A stretch of 52,803 nucleotides of DNA from an uncultured Hyphomicrobiales bacterium (GTDB taxonomy: Bacteria; Bacteroidota; Ignavibacteria; Kapaibacteriales; UBA2268). The stretch lies in contig CAZPSM010000002.1 of assembly GCA_964589125.1 (NCBI GenBank), positions 1-52,803 of the forward strand. Direction: 5' to 3'. Position 1 is the stretch's first letter; the number at the start of each line of letters is the position of its first letter. The notes under the pieces were generated by a model. It saw nothing but the letters and a program-made list of their open reading frames with translations. It searched no databases and had not been told where the DNA came from. The position numbers and the translations under genes were made by a program. This document shows, piece after piece, positions 1 to 11,685 of this stretch.

Positions 1-53
1 AGAGCACTTCCTTGGTAAGGAAGAGGTCACCGGTTCAATCCCGGTCATCAGCT
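1..53 (+). tRNA. tRNA-Thr (anticodon GGT), 5' part cut by window edge
   Basis: Anticodon stem CTTCC/GGAAG with loop TTGGTAA (GGT). T-arm ACCGG-TTCAATC-CCGGT. Acceptor 3' strand CATCAGC plus discriminator T. Confidence 0.8.
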
Positions 54-60
54 CGATGGA

Positions 61-133
<73 letters not shown>

Positions 134-157
134 CGATGTTTTTTATTTAGTTGTGTT

Positions 158-340
158 ATGATTGGTAAAATTAAAACATATTTCGGTGAAGTTGCGAAAG
201 AAATGAAGAAGGTCTCGTGGCCTACTCGCCAGCAACTTCGAGAATCGACTTACATCGTTATTATTACTACTTTGCTGTTCACTATCTTTGTCTATGCTAT
301 CGATTTTCTTATGGTTAAAATTATGGAATTTATCTTTTAA
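158..340 (+). CDS. secE: preprotein translocase subunit SecE
   Basis: 60 aa with a single C-terminal TM helix and the motif EMKKVSWPTRQQL. Located directly upstream of nusG; its stop overlaps the nusG ATG (TAATG). Confidence 0.85.
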   Translation: MIGKIKTYFGEVAKEMKKVSWPTRQQLRESTYIVIITTLLFTIFVYAIDFLMVKIMEFIF

Positions 341-924
341 TGAGTATGGATGAACCCAATCGCATAGAAGGCAATCCGCAAGAGAAATTGGAGCATAAGT
401 GGTATGCTTTGCGAACCTATACTGGGCACGAGCAACGTGTGAAATTAACGCTCGAATCCGAAATCAAACGACTAGGGTTGCAAAATAGAATCACAGATAT
501 TATAATACCACAAGAAACAGTTTTCGAGGTTCGGCAAGGCAAAAGAAAGACCAAAATTAAAAATTTCTTGCCGGGGTATATAATCGTTCGTGTTGCGCTC
601 GATAAAAAACTAAAAGACTATATCAATGCTTTACCTTCGGTAGTAAGTTTTGTTGGGACAAAAAATACACCTGTTCCACTAACGGAAAGCGAAATTCAAC
701 GTATTATTGGGCGTGTCGAAGAACGCAAAAATATTGAAACAATCGGAACCGAGTTTCAAGTAGGTGACCCCGTTAAGGTAATCGATGGTCCTTTCTCCGG
801 TTTTAATGGAACGGTAAAAGAAGTAAACTATGAAAAACAAAAACTTAAAGTCGAAGTGGGAATACTTGGTCGAAAGACACCCGTTGAATTAGATTTCCGC
901 CAAGTAGAAATTGGCAGTATTTAA
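340..924 (+). CDS. nusG: transcription termination/antitermination factor NusG
   Basis: N-terminal NGN motif WYALRTYTGHE and C-terminal KOW motif (GDPVKVIDGPFSGFNGTV). Conserved position between secE and rplK. Confidence 0.95.
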   Translation: MSMDEPNRIEGNPQEKLEHKWYALRTYTGHEQRVKLTLESEIKRLGLQNRITDIIIPQETVFEVRQGKRKTKIKNFLPGYIIVRVALDKKLKDYINALPSVVSFVGTKNTPVPLTESEIQRIIGRVEERKNIETIGTEFQVGDPVKVIDGPFSGFNGTVKEVNYEKQKLKVEVGILGRKTPVELDFRQVEIGSI

Positions 925-964
925 TTTGTTAGATAATTTTTAGTAAATATAGAGTTAAGTAAAT

Positions 965-1390
965 ATGGCGAAAAAAGTATTAGGCTCGTTTAAGTTGCAA
1001 TTGCAAGCTGGGGAAGCGACAATGGCTCCTCCCGTCGGTCCTGCATTCGGACAACGTGGGCTCAACGGTGTTGAATTTGTCAAGCAATTTAATGCACGCA
1101 CAGCGAAGCAAAAAGGAACAATTCTGCCGGTTGTTGTAACATTTTATTCCGATAAAAGTTTTACTTTCATCGTCAAATCTCCGCCGGCTGCTGTTCTTAT
1201 TCTTCAAGCAGCAAATATACAAAAAGGTTCGGGACAACCACATAAAGTTAAAGTTGGGCAAATTACAAAAGCCCAATGCGAAGAAATAGCAAAAATCAAA
1301 ATGGAAGATTTGAACTGCGATACACTGGAATCGGCTGTTTCAATGATTAAAGGAACGGCTCGAAGTATGGGCGTTAATGTTGTCGATTAA
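965..1390 (+). CDS. rplK: 50S ribosomal protein L11
   Basis: [28 protein letters not shown] is the L11 signature. 141 aa. Confidence 0.97.
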   Translation: MAKKVLGSFKLQLQAGEATMAPPVGPAFGQRGLNGVEFVKQFNARTAKQKGTILPVVVTFYSDKSFTFIVKSPPAAVLILQAANIQKGSGQPHKVKVGQITKAQCEEIAKIKMEDLNCDTLESAVSMIKGTARSMGVNVVD

Positions 1391-1412
1391 AAACTTTGAG
1401 AGGGAATTTTTT

Positions 1413-2111
1413 ATGAAAAAACACGGAAAACGCTTTGTTCAATTGCTTAAAAATTTTAATTCAAAAGAGGTATATCCTTTCGTCCAAGCAGTTGAGATAG
1501 TTAAAAATAATGCTAATGCCAAATTCGATGAATCTTTCGAGGTCGCAATTCGTTTAGGGGTGGACCCAAGAAAAGCAGACCAGTTGGTTCGCGGCACAGT
1601 TACGTTACCACACGGAACCGGACGCAAAGTGCGTGTCCTTGTTCTTTGTAAGCCTCCACACGATAAGGAAGCACTCGAGGCCGGAGCAGATTACGCCGGG
1701 TTGGATGAATACGTCGAAAAAATTAAAGGGGGTTGGACCGATGTTGATGTTATTATTGCGACCCCCGATGTTATGGGCGAAGTAGGGAAACTCGGCAAAA
1801 TACTTGGGCCTCGTGGCTTAATGCCTAATCCCAAAAGTGGAACGGTAACGATGGATGTTGTTAAAGCGGTAAACGAAGTTAAAGCGGGGAAAATCGAATA
1901 TCGCGTAGATAAAACGGGGAATGTTCATGCTGCGGTCGGCAAATGTTCTTTCGAAGTTAACCAACTCGCAGAGAATATTTCTGCCCTTTATCAAAGTATT
2001 ATCAAGGCTAAGCCCTCGACCGCAAAAGGTAAATATGTGAAAAGCATACACTTTTCTTCTACTATGGGACCGGGTGTAAAAGTTAATGAATCTACTATTA
2101 TTCAGGCTTGA
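1413..2111 (+). CDS. rplA: 50S ribosomal protein L1
   Basis: The ORF 1377-2111 contains L1 motifs ([32 protein letters not shown]). I place the start at ATG 1413, preceded by GAGAGGGA. Confidence 0.95.
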   Translation: MKKHGKRFVQLLKNFNSKEVYPFVQAVEIVKNNANAKFDESFEVAIRLGVDPRKADQLVRGTVTLPHGTGRKVRVLVLCKPPHDKEALEAGADYAGLDEYVEKIKGGWTDVDVIIATPDVMGEVGKLGKILGPRGLMPNPKSGTVTMDVVKAVNEVKAGKIEYRVDKTGNVHAAVGKCSFEVNQLAENISALYQSIIKAKPSTAKGKYVKSIHFSSTMGPGVKVNESTIIQA

Positions 2112-2207
2112 AACAGTGAGTAATACGCACTCATAAATCGATGAAAGCGGCTTGCTTCTCATACTTCTTGTATGTAGTCGCTTTGCAAAAATAGAAAGGT
2201 AGGAAAT

Positions 2208-2735
2208 ATGATAACAAAGGAACAAAAGAAGGAAAAAGTTGCCGAACTCGTTGAAAAGTTCAAAAAGGCAAATAGCTACTATTTTATTGACTTCACCGGG
2301 ATGAATGTCGAAACGACAATCCAGTTTCGGAGGGAATTAAAGAAAAACGAAATGGAGTAAAAAAAAGAAAAAAATTCTTTAATTAGCCGTGCTTTGAGCG
2401 AATCGGGTGGTTTACAGGGTTTGAAGAAGGATATTTCCGGGCCGACAGGTATTATTTTCGGTTATGGCGACCCCGTCCGACCCGCGAAGCTAATTAATGA
2501 GCGCTACGAAAAGGAACAACGCCCCGTTTTCAAGGGAGCAGTTGTCGAAGGTGTGGTTTACGAAGCAGATAAATTGAAGACTTTGGCATCGTTACCATCG
2601 AAAACCGACATTATCGCAAGCATACTCGGAAGTTTGAATGCTCCTATTTCTGGTATTGTTGGGGCAATCAATTCTATTATGCGAGATGTTGCTTCGGTAA
2701 TTGAAGAAGTTGCAAAGAAAAATTCATCAAATTAA
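2208..2735 (+). pseudogene. rplJ: 50S ribosomal protein L10, frame interrupted by in-frame TAA at 2358-2360
   Basis: ATG 2208 (SD AAAGGTAGGA) gives MITKEQKKEKVAELVEKFKKANSYYFIDFTGMNVETTIQFRRELKKNEME, then TAA. The same frame continues KKEKNSLISRALSESGG... to TAA 2733-2735. The two halves together make a normal-length L10 between rplA and rplL. Confidence 0.85.
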
Positions 2736-2768
2736 AATAATTGTGTATAATTAATTGGAGTTTTTGAA

Positions 2769-3155
2769 ATGTCAACAAAAGTTGAAGAATTAGTTGAGCA
2801 AATATCAAGCCTAACATTAGTCGAAGCTGCTGAATTGAAAAAGGCTTTGGAAGATAAGTTTGGAGTTACTGCCTCTGCACCTGTTATGGTTGCGGGTGGA
2901 ATGGTTGCCGCATCTGCTGCCGAAGCACCCAAGGAAGAAGAAAAAACTGAATTTGATGTCGAACTGACCGAAACCGGCGCAAATAAACTTAACGTTATTA
3001 AGGTAATTCGTGAAATTACCGGCTTAGGTTTGAAAGAAGCAAAGGAGCTTGTTGAAAGTGCTCCAAAGATGGTAAAGGAAGGCGTCAATAAAGAAGAAGC
3101 AGAGGACATAAAGAAAAAGCTCGAAGCCCAAGGTGCAAAAGTTACTTTGAAGTAG
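2769..3155 (+). CDS. rplL: 50S ribosomal protein L7/L12
   Basis: Ala-rich hinge, and C-terminal domain [39 protein letters not shown]. Confidence 0.97.
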   Translation: MSTKVEELVEQISSLTLVEAAELKKALEDKFGVTASAPVMVAGGMVAASAAEAPKEEEKTEFDVELTETGANKLNVIKVIREITGLGLKEAKELVESAPKMVKEGVNKEEAEDIKKKLEAQGAKVTLK

Positions 3156-3161
3156 TTTCAA

Positions 3162-3203
3162 AAGGATGGAGCGGGGGAATGCCTCCGCACCGTTCCTTTT
3201 TTT
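3162..3203 (+). terminator. intrinsic terminator/attenuator between rplL and rpoB
   Basis: Outer stem AAGGA/TCCTT and inner stem GGAGCGG/CCGCACC (one A-A mismatch), followed by a T run at 3197-3203. This is the position of the known partial terminator in the rplJL-rpoBC unit. Confidence 0.6.
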
Positions 3204-3347
3204 GTTTAATAAAGTCGTAAGGATGGGATTAAACTTTTGATTAATCAGTCTTTAGTTAAGGCTTATCTTTTGGTAAAGCCATTTTTAGGTTTTACCCAAA
3301 CGTATTTTTTGAGTTTAATTAAAAACAATTTATAGATAGGGTTTCCT

Positions 3348-6300
3348 ATGAAAAAAAATATTGAGAAAATTGCAGCCGAACAAGGGCTATCGATTCTTCG
3401 GGGCGAAGAGTCTGGCGTTACCCGACTAATTGAAAGGCTAAATTTCGGGAAAACGCGTCGCTTTACGGAATATCCCGACCTTCTTGGTGTTCAACTTCAA
3501 TCTTATGCTGAATTTCTGCAAGAGGATGTTCCCCCCGAAGAACGTCGCAACATTGGTTTGCAATATGCCTTCAATTCGAACTTTCCTATCGAGGATAATT
3601 CTGGTATCTATCAGTTAGAATTTATAGGTTATTCACTTGAAAGGCCTAAATATACCGAAGAGGAATGCCGGGCGCGCGAGTTAACCTACTCGAAGGCTTT
3701 GAAAGTGAGACTGCGACTTTCGAGTAAAGCCGACCCCAGTTCCGAAGATTACATAGAAGCGGTTGAGCAAGATGTTTATTTCGGAAATATCCCAGCAATG
3801 ACCTCCCGAGGCACTTTTATTATAAACGGTGCCGAACGGGTAATTGTCTCCCAATTACATCGCTCGCCGGGAGTCTTTTTCGATGTTACTGTTCATCCAA
3901 ATGGAACTCGCATTTATTCTGCCCGTATTATTCCGTTCAAAGGTTCTTGGCTTGAATTTATTACCGATATACATGAAGTTCTTACTACCTATGTTGACCG
4001 TAAGAAAAAATTTCTTACAACTACATTCCTTCGAGCACTTGGGTTTTCTTCGGATAACGATATTATTCAACTCTTTGAATTAGACGAGGCAGTAAAAGGT
4101 GCCAAGTTACGTGAAGAACATATCGGTAGAAAGCTTTCCGGCGATGTCGTCGATTTGCAAACTGGCGAAATTATTGCAACTCGCGATATGTTATTGACAA
4201 ATGACTTAATCGAAAAGATTAAGAAGACCCAAGTTCACGAGATAAGATTGTATAAGCCTTTCGACCCGAGCGAAGAACCAGTAATTGCTAGGACGCTTTC
4301 GAAAGACCCTACTCGCAATAAAGAAGAAGCTCTTGAATATATTTATAGGCAACTACGAACAACCGACCCACCCGATTTAAGTGCCGCCGAAGGCTTGCTC
4401 AAAAAACTATTCTTCGATGGTAAACGATACGACCTTGGAGCAGTAGGGCGATTCAAAATCAATAAAAAACTTAATATAGACGAGGACCCCGAGAACACAG
4501 TTCTTACCATCAACGATATTATTGTTACTATTAAACATCTGTTGAAACTTCACGATAGTAAGTCCAGTGGCGACGATATTGACCACCTTGGGAACCGCAG
4601 GGTACGAACCGTTGGCGAGCAACTTACTTCTCAAATTAATATAGGATTGACTCGAATGGCTCGAACCATCAGAGAGCGTTTGAGTGTTCGAGAAGCAGAA
4701 AATTATACTCCACAAGACCTTGTTAATGCAAGAACGATTAACTCGGTTATAAACCAATTTTTTGGGACCAATCAACTGTCCCAATTTATGGACCAAACCA
4801 ATCCTCTTGCTGAATTGACCCATAAGCGTAGGACTTCGGCTTTAGGTCCCGGTGGTTTAACCCGTGAACGTGCTGGTTTCGAAGTCCGCGACGTTCATTA
4901 CACTCATTATGGCCGACTTTGTCCAATCGAAACACCCGAAGGACCCAACATTGGGTTAATATCGTCTTTGGCTATATATTCTCGAATCAATGAGCGAGGA
5001 TTTATCGAGACCCCATACCGTAAAGTTGTTAATGGTGTCGTTACCAACGAAATTGAATATATTACCGCCGAAGACGAAGACGACAAAGTCATTGCTACTG
5101 TTCACACTCCAATAGATAAAAATGGGAAAATAATTGGCGATAAAATAAAGGCGAGGGTATCGGGCGATTTTGTTATTGTTTCACCCGAAGAGGTGGACTA
5201 TCTCGATGTCTCTACCGAGCAAATTGTCAGTGCCGCTGCCGCATTGATACCATTTCTTGAACACGACGATGCTAACCGTGCGCTGATGGGTTCTAATATG
5301 CAGCGGCAATCTGTTCCACTGGTACGCCCGGAAGCACCAATTGTTGGAACTGGGATGGAAGCAAAAGTTGCCCGTGATTCTCGTACTCTTCTTCTTGCTG
5401 AAGGCGACGGAGTTGTAACCTACGTAGATTCCGAGACGATTCGGATACATTACGAGGATAATAGAACTGAAGCAGAAAAGTTGTCCGATTTTAAATTCAA
5501 AGAAGAAAAAGAATATAAGCTAATAAAATTTTTCCGAACTAATCAAGATACTTGTGTTAATCAAAAACCGATTGTTAGGGTAGGCCAACGGGTTCATAAA
5601 GGTATGCCTATTGCCGATGGTGCCTCGACCGACCAAGGTGAACTTGCTCTTGGGCGTAATGTTCTGGTTGCCTTTATGCCTTGGCGGGGTTACAACTTTG
5701 AAGATGCTATTGTGGTTTCCGAGCGTCTTGTTGCTCGGGATATTTTTACTTCTGTTCATATCGAAGAGTATTCGCTTCAGGTCCGCGATACAAAGCGGGG
5801 CGAAGAGGAATTTACACGCGACATTCCCAATGTTTCCGAAGAAGCCACCAAAGATTTGGACGAAGATGGTTTGGTCCGCGTTGGAGCAAAAGTTCGCGAA
5901 GGTGATATTCTGATCGGGAAAATTACACCGAAAGGCGAAACCGACCCGACTCCCGAAGAAAAACTGCTCAGAGCTATATTTGGCGACAAAGCAGGCGACG
6001 TCAAGGATGCTTCCTTGAAGGCTCCACCGGGTTTGAAAGGAGTTGTTATAAATACGCGACTATTCACCAGACGAGTTGTTAGGGTAGATTCTGAAATAGA
6101 AGAAAAACGAAGGATTGAGCAACTTTCCAAAAGAGAACAAGAGAAAATGGCTGAGTTAGCAAAGAAAGCAGTTGAAAAACTTGCTAAAATTGTTGATGGG
6201 TATAAAACTTATGGCTTGAGACTGACAAACGGGGAAGTTATCTTTCGTAGCGGCCAAACTATAAAAGAAGAAGATGTGTTAAATTACTTTGGCAAATCTA

Positions 6301-7196
6301 TCACTTATATTGACCATATTGATTTAAATGGTCCAATTATAGCAGACGAGGAGCGGGAGCGAATTCTTCGCCAAATGTTGCGAAATTATACCGAAGAGAA
6401 AGAACAAATTACTGCCCAATTTCGTGCATTACGGAATAAGGCAATAATCGGCGATGAACTCCAGCCCGGAATAATGAAAATGGCTAAGGTTTATGTAGCA
6501 AAGAAACGGAAATTAATGGTTGGCGATAAAATGGCTGGGAGGCATGGGAACAAGGGTATTGTTTCTATTATTGTTCCGCCAGAAGATATGCCATTCCTTC
6601 CCGATGGTACACCGGTAGATATAGTCTTGAATCCCTTGGGCGTTCCATCTCGTATGAACCTTGGACAGTTGTTCGAAACTGCTCTTGGTTGGGCTGGGCA
6701 AAAACTTGGTGTTCGATTTGCAACACCAGTGTTCGATGGAGCAACTTGGGAACAAGTTTCTGAATTTCTAAAAATGGCAGGATTGCCTCCCGATGGCAAA
6801 ACCGTTCTCTACGATGGACGAACAGGTGAGCCGTTCCACGAAAAAGTTACCGTTGGTGTTATCTATATGATGAAACTTGCGCATATGGTCGAAGATAAAA
6901 TCCATGCTCGCTCGATAGGACCTTATTCCTTGATTACTCAACAACCATTAGGAGGTAAAGCCCAATTTGGTGGGCAGCGTCTCGGTGAAATGGAGGTATG
7001 GGCGCTCGAAGCCTACGGTGCAGCCCATACACTTCAAGAGATGCTTACAATTAAATCCGATGATGTCGTTGGACGTGCAAAAGCATACGAAGCAATAGTC
7101 AAAGGCGACAATATGCCGGAACCAAACGTTCCAGAATCATTTAATGTTCTTATTCGTGAACTCCAGGGACTGTGCCTGGATGTTGAAATTGAGTAA
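3348..7196 (+). CDS. rpoB: DNA-directed RNA polymerase subunit beta
   Basis: 1282 aa with hallmark beta motifs (GNRRVR, FFGTNQLSQFMDQTNPL, RHGNKGIVS, GGQRLGEMEVWALEAYGAA). Confidence 0.98.
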   Translation: MKKNIEKIAAEQGLSILRGEESGVTRLIERLNFGKTRRFTEYPDLLGVQLQSYAEFLQEDVPPEERRNIGLQYAFNSNFPIEDNSGIYQLEFIGYSLERPKYTEEECRARELTYSKALKVRLRLSSKADPSSEDYIEAVEQDVYFGNIPAMTSRGTFIINGAERVIVSQLHRSPGVFFDVTVHPNGTRIYSARIIPFKGSWLEFITDIHEVLTTYVDRKKKFLTTTFLRALGFSSDNDIIQLFELDEAVKGAKLREEHIGRKLSGDVVDLQTGEIIATRDMLLTNDLIEKIKKTQVHEIRLYKPFDPSEEPVIARTLSKDPTRNKEEALEYIYRQLRTTDPPDLSAAEGLLKKLFFDGKRYDLGAVGRFKINKKLNIDEDPENTVLTINDIIVTIKHLLKLHDSKSSGDDIDHLGNRRVRTVGEQLTSQINIGLTRMARTIRERLSVREAENYTPQDLVNARTINSVINQFFGTNQLSQFMDQTNPLAELTHKRRTSALGPGGLTRERAGFEVRDVHYTHYGRLCPIETPEGPNIGLISSLAIYSRINERGFIETPYRKVVNGVVTNEIEYITAEDEDDKVIATVHTPIDKNGKIIGDKIKARVSGDFVIVSPEEVDYLDVSTEQIVSAAAALIPFLEHDDANRALMGSNMQRQSVPLVRPEAPIVGTGMEAKVARDSRTLLLAEGDGVVTYVDSETIRIHYEDNRTEAEKLSDFKFKEEKEYKLIKFFRTNQDTCVNQKPIVRVGQRVHKGMPIADGASTDQGELALGRNVLVAFMPWRGYNFEDAIVVSERLVARDIFTSVHIEEYSLQVRDTKRGEEEFTRDIPNVSEEATKDLDEDGLVRVGAKVREGDILIGKITPKGETDPTPEEKLLRAIFGDKAGDVKDASLKAPPGLKGVVINTRLFTRRVVRVDSEIEEKRRIEQLSKREQEKMAELAKKAVEKLAKIVDGYKTYGLRLTNGEVIFRSGQTIKEEDVLNYFGKSITYIDHIDLNGPIIADEERERILRQMLRNYTEEKEQITAQFRALRNKAIIGDELQPGIMKMAKVYVAKKRKLMVGDKMAGRHGNKGIVSIIVPPEDMPFLPDGTPVDIVLNPLGVPSRMNLGQLFETALGWAGQKLGVRFATPVFDGATWEQVSEFLKMAGLPPDGKTVLYDGRTGEPFHEKVTVGVIYMMKLAHMVEDKIHARSIGPYSLITQQPLGGKAQFGGQRLGEMEVWALEAYGAAHTLQEMLTIKSDDVVGRAKAYEAIVKGDNMPEPNVPESFNVLIRELQGLCLDVEIE

Positions 7197-7225
7197 AAGT
7201 ATTATAAATAAATTTGGGTGGTAAA

Positions 7226-10200
7226 ATGCAACCAAGGTCTATTCCAAGAAAGGGGTTTCGTAGGGTTACTATAAAGTTAGCTTCTCCGGATGCTATATTA
7301 GAGCGTTCTCATGGAGAAGTTACTAAACCCGAAACCATAAACTATCGTTCTTATCGACCCGAAAAAGATGGGCTTTTCTGTGAAAAGATATTCGGACCAG
7401 TTCGCGATTGGGAATGCGCTTGTGGCAAATATAAGAGAATTAGGTATAAAGGGATTGTTTGCGACCGCTGTGGAGTTGAAGTTACCAATAAAACTGTTCG
7501 TCGCGAAAGAATGGGGCATATTATGCTTGCCTCTCCGGTGGTGCATATCTGGTTTTTAAGAAGTTTACCGAGCAAAATAGCTGCTGTATTGGGGATTCCA
7601 GCAAAAGATTTAGAAAAAATAACTTATTTCGAAACTTATGTTGTTGTAAACCCAGGGCGTTTATCGGACTCCTTCAAAAAGTATGATTTAATTTCGGATG
7701 AAGAATATAATAAAGTAATGCAGCAAATCCCGGAGGAAGAAAAATATCTCGACGACGACGACCCCAATAAATTTATTGCCCTAATGGGGGGCGAAGCAGT
7801 AAAAGAGTTGCTCCGTCGCCTCGATGTAGAATCGGAATACTTTAATTTGCGTCAGCAAATGCGCGAGGAAACTTCTGCCCAAAAGAAACAAGAACTTTTA
7901 AAGAGGTTAAAAATTCTTGAGGCATTTCTCCCCGATGAACGCACCGGTGAACCAAGAAATAAACCCGAATGGATGGTGTTGGATATTATTCCTGTAATTC
8001 CACCCGACCTGCGTCCGTTGGTTCCGCTCGAAGGAGGTCGTTTCGCAACATCAGATTTAAACGACTTATACCGAAGATTAATTATTCGTAATAACAGATT
8101 AAAGAGACTGCTCGATATTAAAGCACCTATGGTAATCGTTCGCAACGAACAAAGAATGCTGCAAGAAAGCGTCGATGCTTTGTTCGATAGCACAAGAAAA
8201 GTAACAAAGGCTGAACCACAAAGACCATTGAAATCTCTTGCCGATTCTTTAAAGGGCAAGCAAGGTCGTTTCCGACAAAACTTGCTTGGTAAACGAGTCG
8301 ATTATTCGGGTCGCTCGGTAATTGTTGTTGGTCCCGAGTTGAAGATTTATGAGTGTGGTTTGCCAAAAGATATGGCTGTTGAATTGTTTAAGCCGTTTAT
8401 AATCCGTAAACTTATTGAACGAGGGCATGTTAAAACCGTCAAAAGTGCTAAAAAGATGGTTGAACGCAAAGTTACCGAGGTATGGGACATTCTGGAAAAA
8501 GTAATTGAAAATCATCCTGTACTTTTGAACCGTGCTCCGACACTGCATCGGCTTGGTATTCAGGCTTTCCAACCACGCTTGATTGAAGGAAAGGCTATCC
8601 AATTGCATCCGCTTGTATGTACCGCATTCAATGCAGACTTCGATGGCGACCAGATGGCTGTTCACGTTCCTTTAAGTTTCGAGGCTCAATTGGAAGCCCT
8701 GCTCCTTATGCTTGCACCCCACAATATTATGCATACACAAAATGGCGACCCAATTGCCGTTCCTTCACAAGATATGGTGCTTGGAGTTTATTATATTACC
8801 AAAGCGAAGTCCGGTGCCAAGGGTGAAGGTAAGTATTTTGCATCGCGAGATGAAGTGATAATTGCTTATAACAATGGTTCCATTGACTTACACGCAAAAA
8901 TCAAAGTTCGGCTCGATGGTAAACTTGTTGAAACTACAACCGGAAGAATTATTTTCAACCAAATTGTTCCCAAAGAAATTGGATTCTTAAACGAGTTGCT
9001 CACTAAAAAACGCTTGCGTCAAATTATAGGAACTTGCTTCCGCACAGCTGGGTTAGCTGTAACGGTCGAGTTTCTCGACAATTTGAAGCAAATCGGGTTC
9101 GAATTTGCAACGCGTGGTGGCTTATCTGTGAGTATTTCCGATGTTGTGGTTCCTCGGGAAAAATACGAGATAATTGAGGCAGCACAGAAACGAGTCGATG
9201 AAATTGAAAATGCTTATGTCAACGGAGTTATTAGTTTTGGCGAACGATACAACAAAATTATTGATACTTGGTCAAATGCTACCAATCGTGTTGCCGATAA
9301 ACTTTACAACGAAATTTCGAAAGTTTCCCAAGGTTTCAACACATTTTGGATGATGCTGGATTCACAAGCAAGGGGTTCAAAGGAACAGATTCGGCAGTTG
9401 GCTGGTATGCGTGGTCTGATGGCGAAACCAAGAAAATCGGTTTCGGGCTCTGCCGGCGAGTTAATCGAAAATCCAATCCTTGCAAATTTTAAAGAAGGGC
9501 TTTCGATTCTCGAATACTTTATTTCGACTCATGGTGCTCGGAAAGGTCTTGCCGATACCGCTTTAAAAACTGCCGATGCCGGATATCTAACACGTCGTTT
9601 GCACGATGTTGCACAAGATGTCATAGTAACTGAACAAGACTGTGGAACAATTCGTGGTGTTATGATGACTGCTTTGAAAGAGGGTGAAGAGGTTAAAGAA
9701 GAACTTTCCGAACGAATTCTTGGTCGTGTTGCTTTGTGGGATGTAATTGACCCGAGAACCGAAGAGGTTCTTTGCAAGGCAGGTGAAATTATCGACGAAG
9801 ACATTGCCAAGAGAATCGGCGATTCGCCAGTCGAAGAAGTTATGATTCGAAGCGTATTAACTTGTGAGTCGCGGCACGGGGTTTGTGCAAAATGCTATGG
9901 TCGAAATCTTGCAACGGGCAAATTAGTCGATGTTGGTGAAGCGGTTGGAACGATTGCCTCCCAATCGATTGGAGAGCCGGGAACTCAGCTAACGCTTCGT
10001 ACTTTCCATACTGGTGGAACTGCTTTGCTAATTGCTTCCCAGTCCTCGGTTACAGCAAAATTCGATGGAATTGTGAAATTTGAGAACGTTCGTACTGTCA
10101 AGTACGAAGAAGATGGGAACGAAGTCCAAGTTGTTGTAAGCCGAAGTGGAACCATTATTATCGTTGACCCCGAAAGCAATCGTGACTTAACTAAATATGA

Positions 10201-11506
10201 TGCTATGTATGGTGCTGTCTTGAAAGTTAAAGAAGGTGATAGGGTTGCAAAAGGTGAATTAATTTATGAGTGGGACCCATACAACGCAACCATTATTACC
10301 GAAGTTAGTGGACGTGTCCGATTTAAAGATTTGATTTACAATATTACTTATAGGGAAATCAACGACGAACAAACCGGGCATATTACAAAGGTGGTTATTG
10401 AATCAAAAGACAAGACTAAACAACCATCGATAGAAATACTGGACGACAGCGGGAAAGTAATTCGTACCTATTCTATCCCCGTTAAAGCACAATTACGTGT
10501 GGATGAAGACGAATTCATCGGGGTTGGGACGCCACTGGTTAAAATTCCTCGCGACCTTGGAAGGATGCGCGATATTACCGGCGGTTTGCCTCGCGTTACC
10601 GAACTTTTCGAAGCCAGAGCACCACAAAACCCCGCATTTGTTTCGGATATCGATGGGGTTGTTACTTTCGATAAGGTTAAACGTGGCCAAAGAACCCTTT
10701 ATGTTACTTCGAACGATGGCAAGACCCGAATAGAATACAATATTCCTTTCGGAAAGTATATTCTTGTGCAGGATGGTGATTTCGTTCGTGCCGGTGAGCG
10801 TCTTACCGATGGCGATATCAACCCGCACGATATTTTGCGTATTAAAGGACCAAATGCTGTCCAAGAATATCTTGTGAACGAAATTCAGGAAGTTTACAGA
10901 ATGCAGGGTGTGAAAATCAACGATAAACATATAGAAATTATCGTTCGACAAATGCTGCAAAAGAATAGAATCGTTGATTCTGGCGATTCCCGTTTCCTTG
11001 AAAATGACTATGTTGACCGAATAAGAGTGCTCGACGAAAATGAAAAATTAAAGAAACAAGTTGTTATTACCGATAAAGGTGATTCCAAGTTCAAAGTTGG
11101 TCAGATTGTTATGAAAGATAAATTTAGAGAAGTCAACCAAGATTTGAGGAAGAAGGGGAAGAAGGTCGCGCAATCCCGACCTGCCGAGCCTGCTATCGCC
11201 GAACCAGTTTTACTTGGAATTACCCAAGCTTCGCTTACAACAGAAAGTTGGCTTTCGGCAGCCTCTTTCCAAGAAACAACTCGTGTTCTTTCCGAAGCAG
11301 CTGTCGAAGCCAAAGACGATTTCCTTTATGGGTTGAAAGAAAACATTATTCTCGGGCAATTGGTACCCGCTGGAACTGGTTTACGCCATTACCAAGATAT
11401 GGTGGTTACAAGCCAGGTAGGGAATATCTTCGGCGGGGAAATTTCCTTGCCAGAGCATAAGAAGGAGGAATTTATCGTCCAAAAAGAAAGCGAAGCAGTT
11501 AAATAA
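7226..11506 (+). CDS. rpoC: DNA-directed RNA polymerase subunit beta'
   Basis: Zn-finger CxCGKY..C..CGVEV and catalytic [12 protein letters not shown]. Start placed at ATG 7226 after GGGTGG; the ORF track begins at an upstream TTG (7214). Confidence 0.98.
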   Translation: MQPRSIPRKGFRRVTIKLASPDAILERSHGEVTKPETINYRSYRPEKDGLFCEKIFGPVRDWECACGKYKRIRYKGIVCDRCGVEVTNKTVRRERMGHIMLASPVVHIWFLRSLPSKIAAVLGIPAKDLEKITYFETYVVVNPGRLSDSFKKYDLISDEEYNKVMQQIPEEEKYLDDDDPNKFIALMGGEAVKELLRRLDVESEYFNLRQQMREETSAQKKQELLKRLKILEAFLPDERTGEPRNKPEWMVLDIIPVIPPDLRPLVPLEGGRFATSDLNDLYRRLIIRNNRLKRLLDIKAPMVIVRNEQRMLQESVDALFDSTRKVTKAEPQRPLKSLADSLKGKQGRFRQNLLGKRVDYSGRSVIVVGPELKIYECGLPKDMAVELFKPFIIRKLIERGHVKTVKSAKKMVERKVTEVWDILEKVIENHPVLLNRAPTLHRLGIQAFQPRLIEGKAIQLHPLVCTAFNADFDGDQMAVHVPLSFEAQLEALLLMLAPHNIMHTQNGDPIAVPSQDMVLGVYYITKAKSGAKGEGKYFASRDEVIIAYNNGSIDLHAKIKVRLDGKLVETTTGRIIFNQIVPKEIGFLNELLTKKRLRQIIGTCFRTAGLAVTVEFLDNLKQIGFEFATRGGLSVSISDVVVPREKYEIIEAAQKRVDEIENAYVNGVISFGERYNKIIDTWSNATNRVADKLYNEISKVSQGFNTFWMMLDSQARGSKEQIRQLAGMRGLMAKPRKSVSGSAGELIENPILANFKEGLSILEYFISTHGARKGLADTALKTADAGYLTRRLHDVAQDVIVTEQDCGTIRGVMMTALKEGEEVKEELSERILGRVALWDVIDPRTEEVLCKAGEIIDEDIAKRIGDSPVEEVMIRSVLTCESRHGVCAKCYGRNLATGKLVDVGEAVGTIASQSIGEPGTQLTLRTFHTGGTALLIASQSSVTAKFDGIVKFENVRTVKYEEDGNEVQVVVSRSGTIIIVDPESNRDLTKYDAMYGAVLKVKEGDRVAKGELIYEWDPYNATIITEVSGRVRFKDLIYNITYREINDEQTGHITKVVIESKDKTKQPSIEILDDSGKVIRTYSIPVKAQLRVDEDEFIGVGTPLVKIPRDLGRMRDITGGLPRVTELFEARAPQNPAFVSDIDGVVTFDKVKRGQRTLYVTSNDGKTRIEYNIPFGKYILVQDGDFVRAGERLTDGDINPHDILRIKGPNAVQEYLVNEIQEVYRMQGVKINDKHIEIIVRQMLQKNRIVDSGDSRFLENDYVDRIRVLDENEKLKKQVVITDKGDSKFKVGQIVMKDKFREVNQDLRKKGKKVAQSRPAEPAIAEPVLLGITQASLTTESWLSAASFQETTRVLSEAAVEAKDDFLYGLKENIILGQLVPAGTGLRHYQDMVVTSQVGNIFGGEISLPEHKKEEFIVQKESEAVK

Positions 11507-11685
11507 TTTTTGGTTTTAATGTTGTTTTTGGGCTGTTCAAAGAGAAAAATGCTCGGTGGATTGTTCTGAATTCTTGCTAATGTAGAAAAATTGTTGCCAA
11601 TTCGCTCGAAGGGTAACTTGCTTTTATGATTTTGTCTGGGGACAGCCCAATTTTTTGACTTTTGTTGAAAAAAATAGGTTCGTTA

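Noticed and set aside
2112-2207. An L10 (rplJ) autoregulatory leader structure in the rplA-rplJ spacer.
   Set aside because: Only short hairpins (TGAGT..ACTCA and AGC..GCT) are visible. I cannot match them to the known leader fold by eye.
2358-2360. The TAA in rplJ could be a reassigned sense codon.
   Set aside because: TAA is the most common genuine stop codon in this window (secE, nusG, rplK, rpoB, rpoC, tuf and others).
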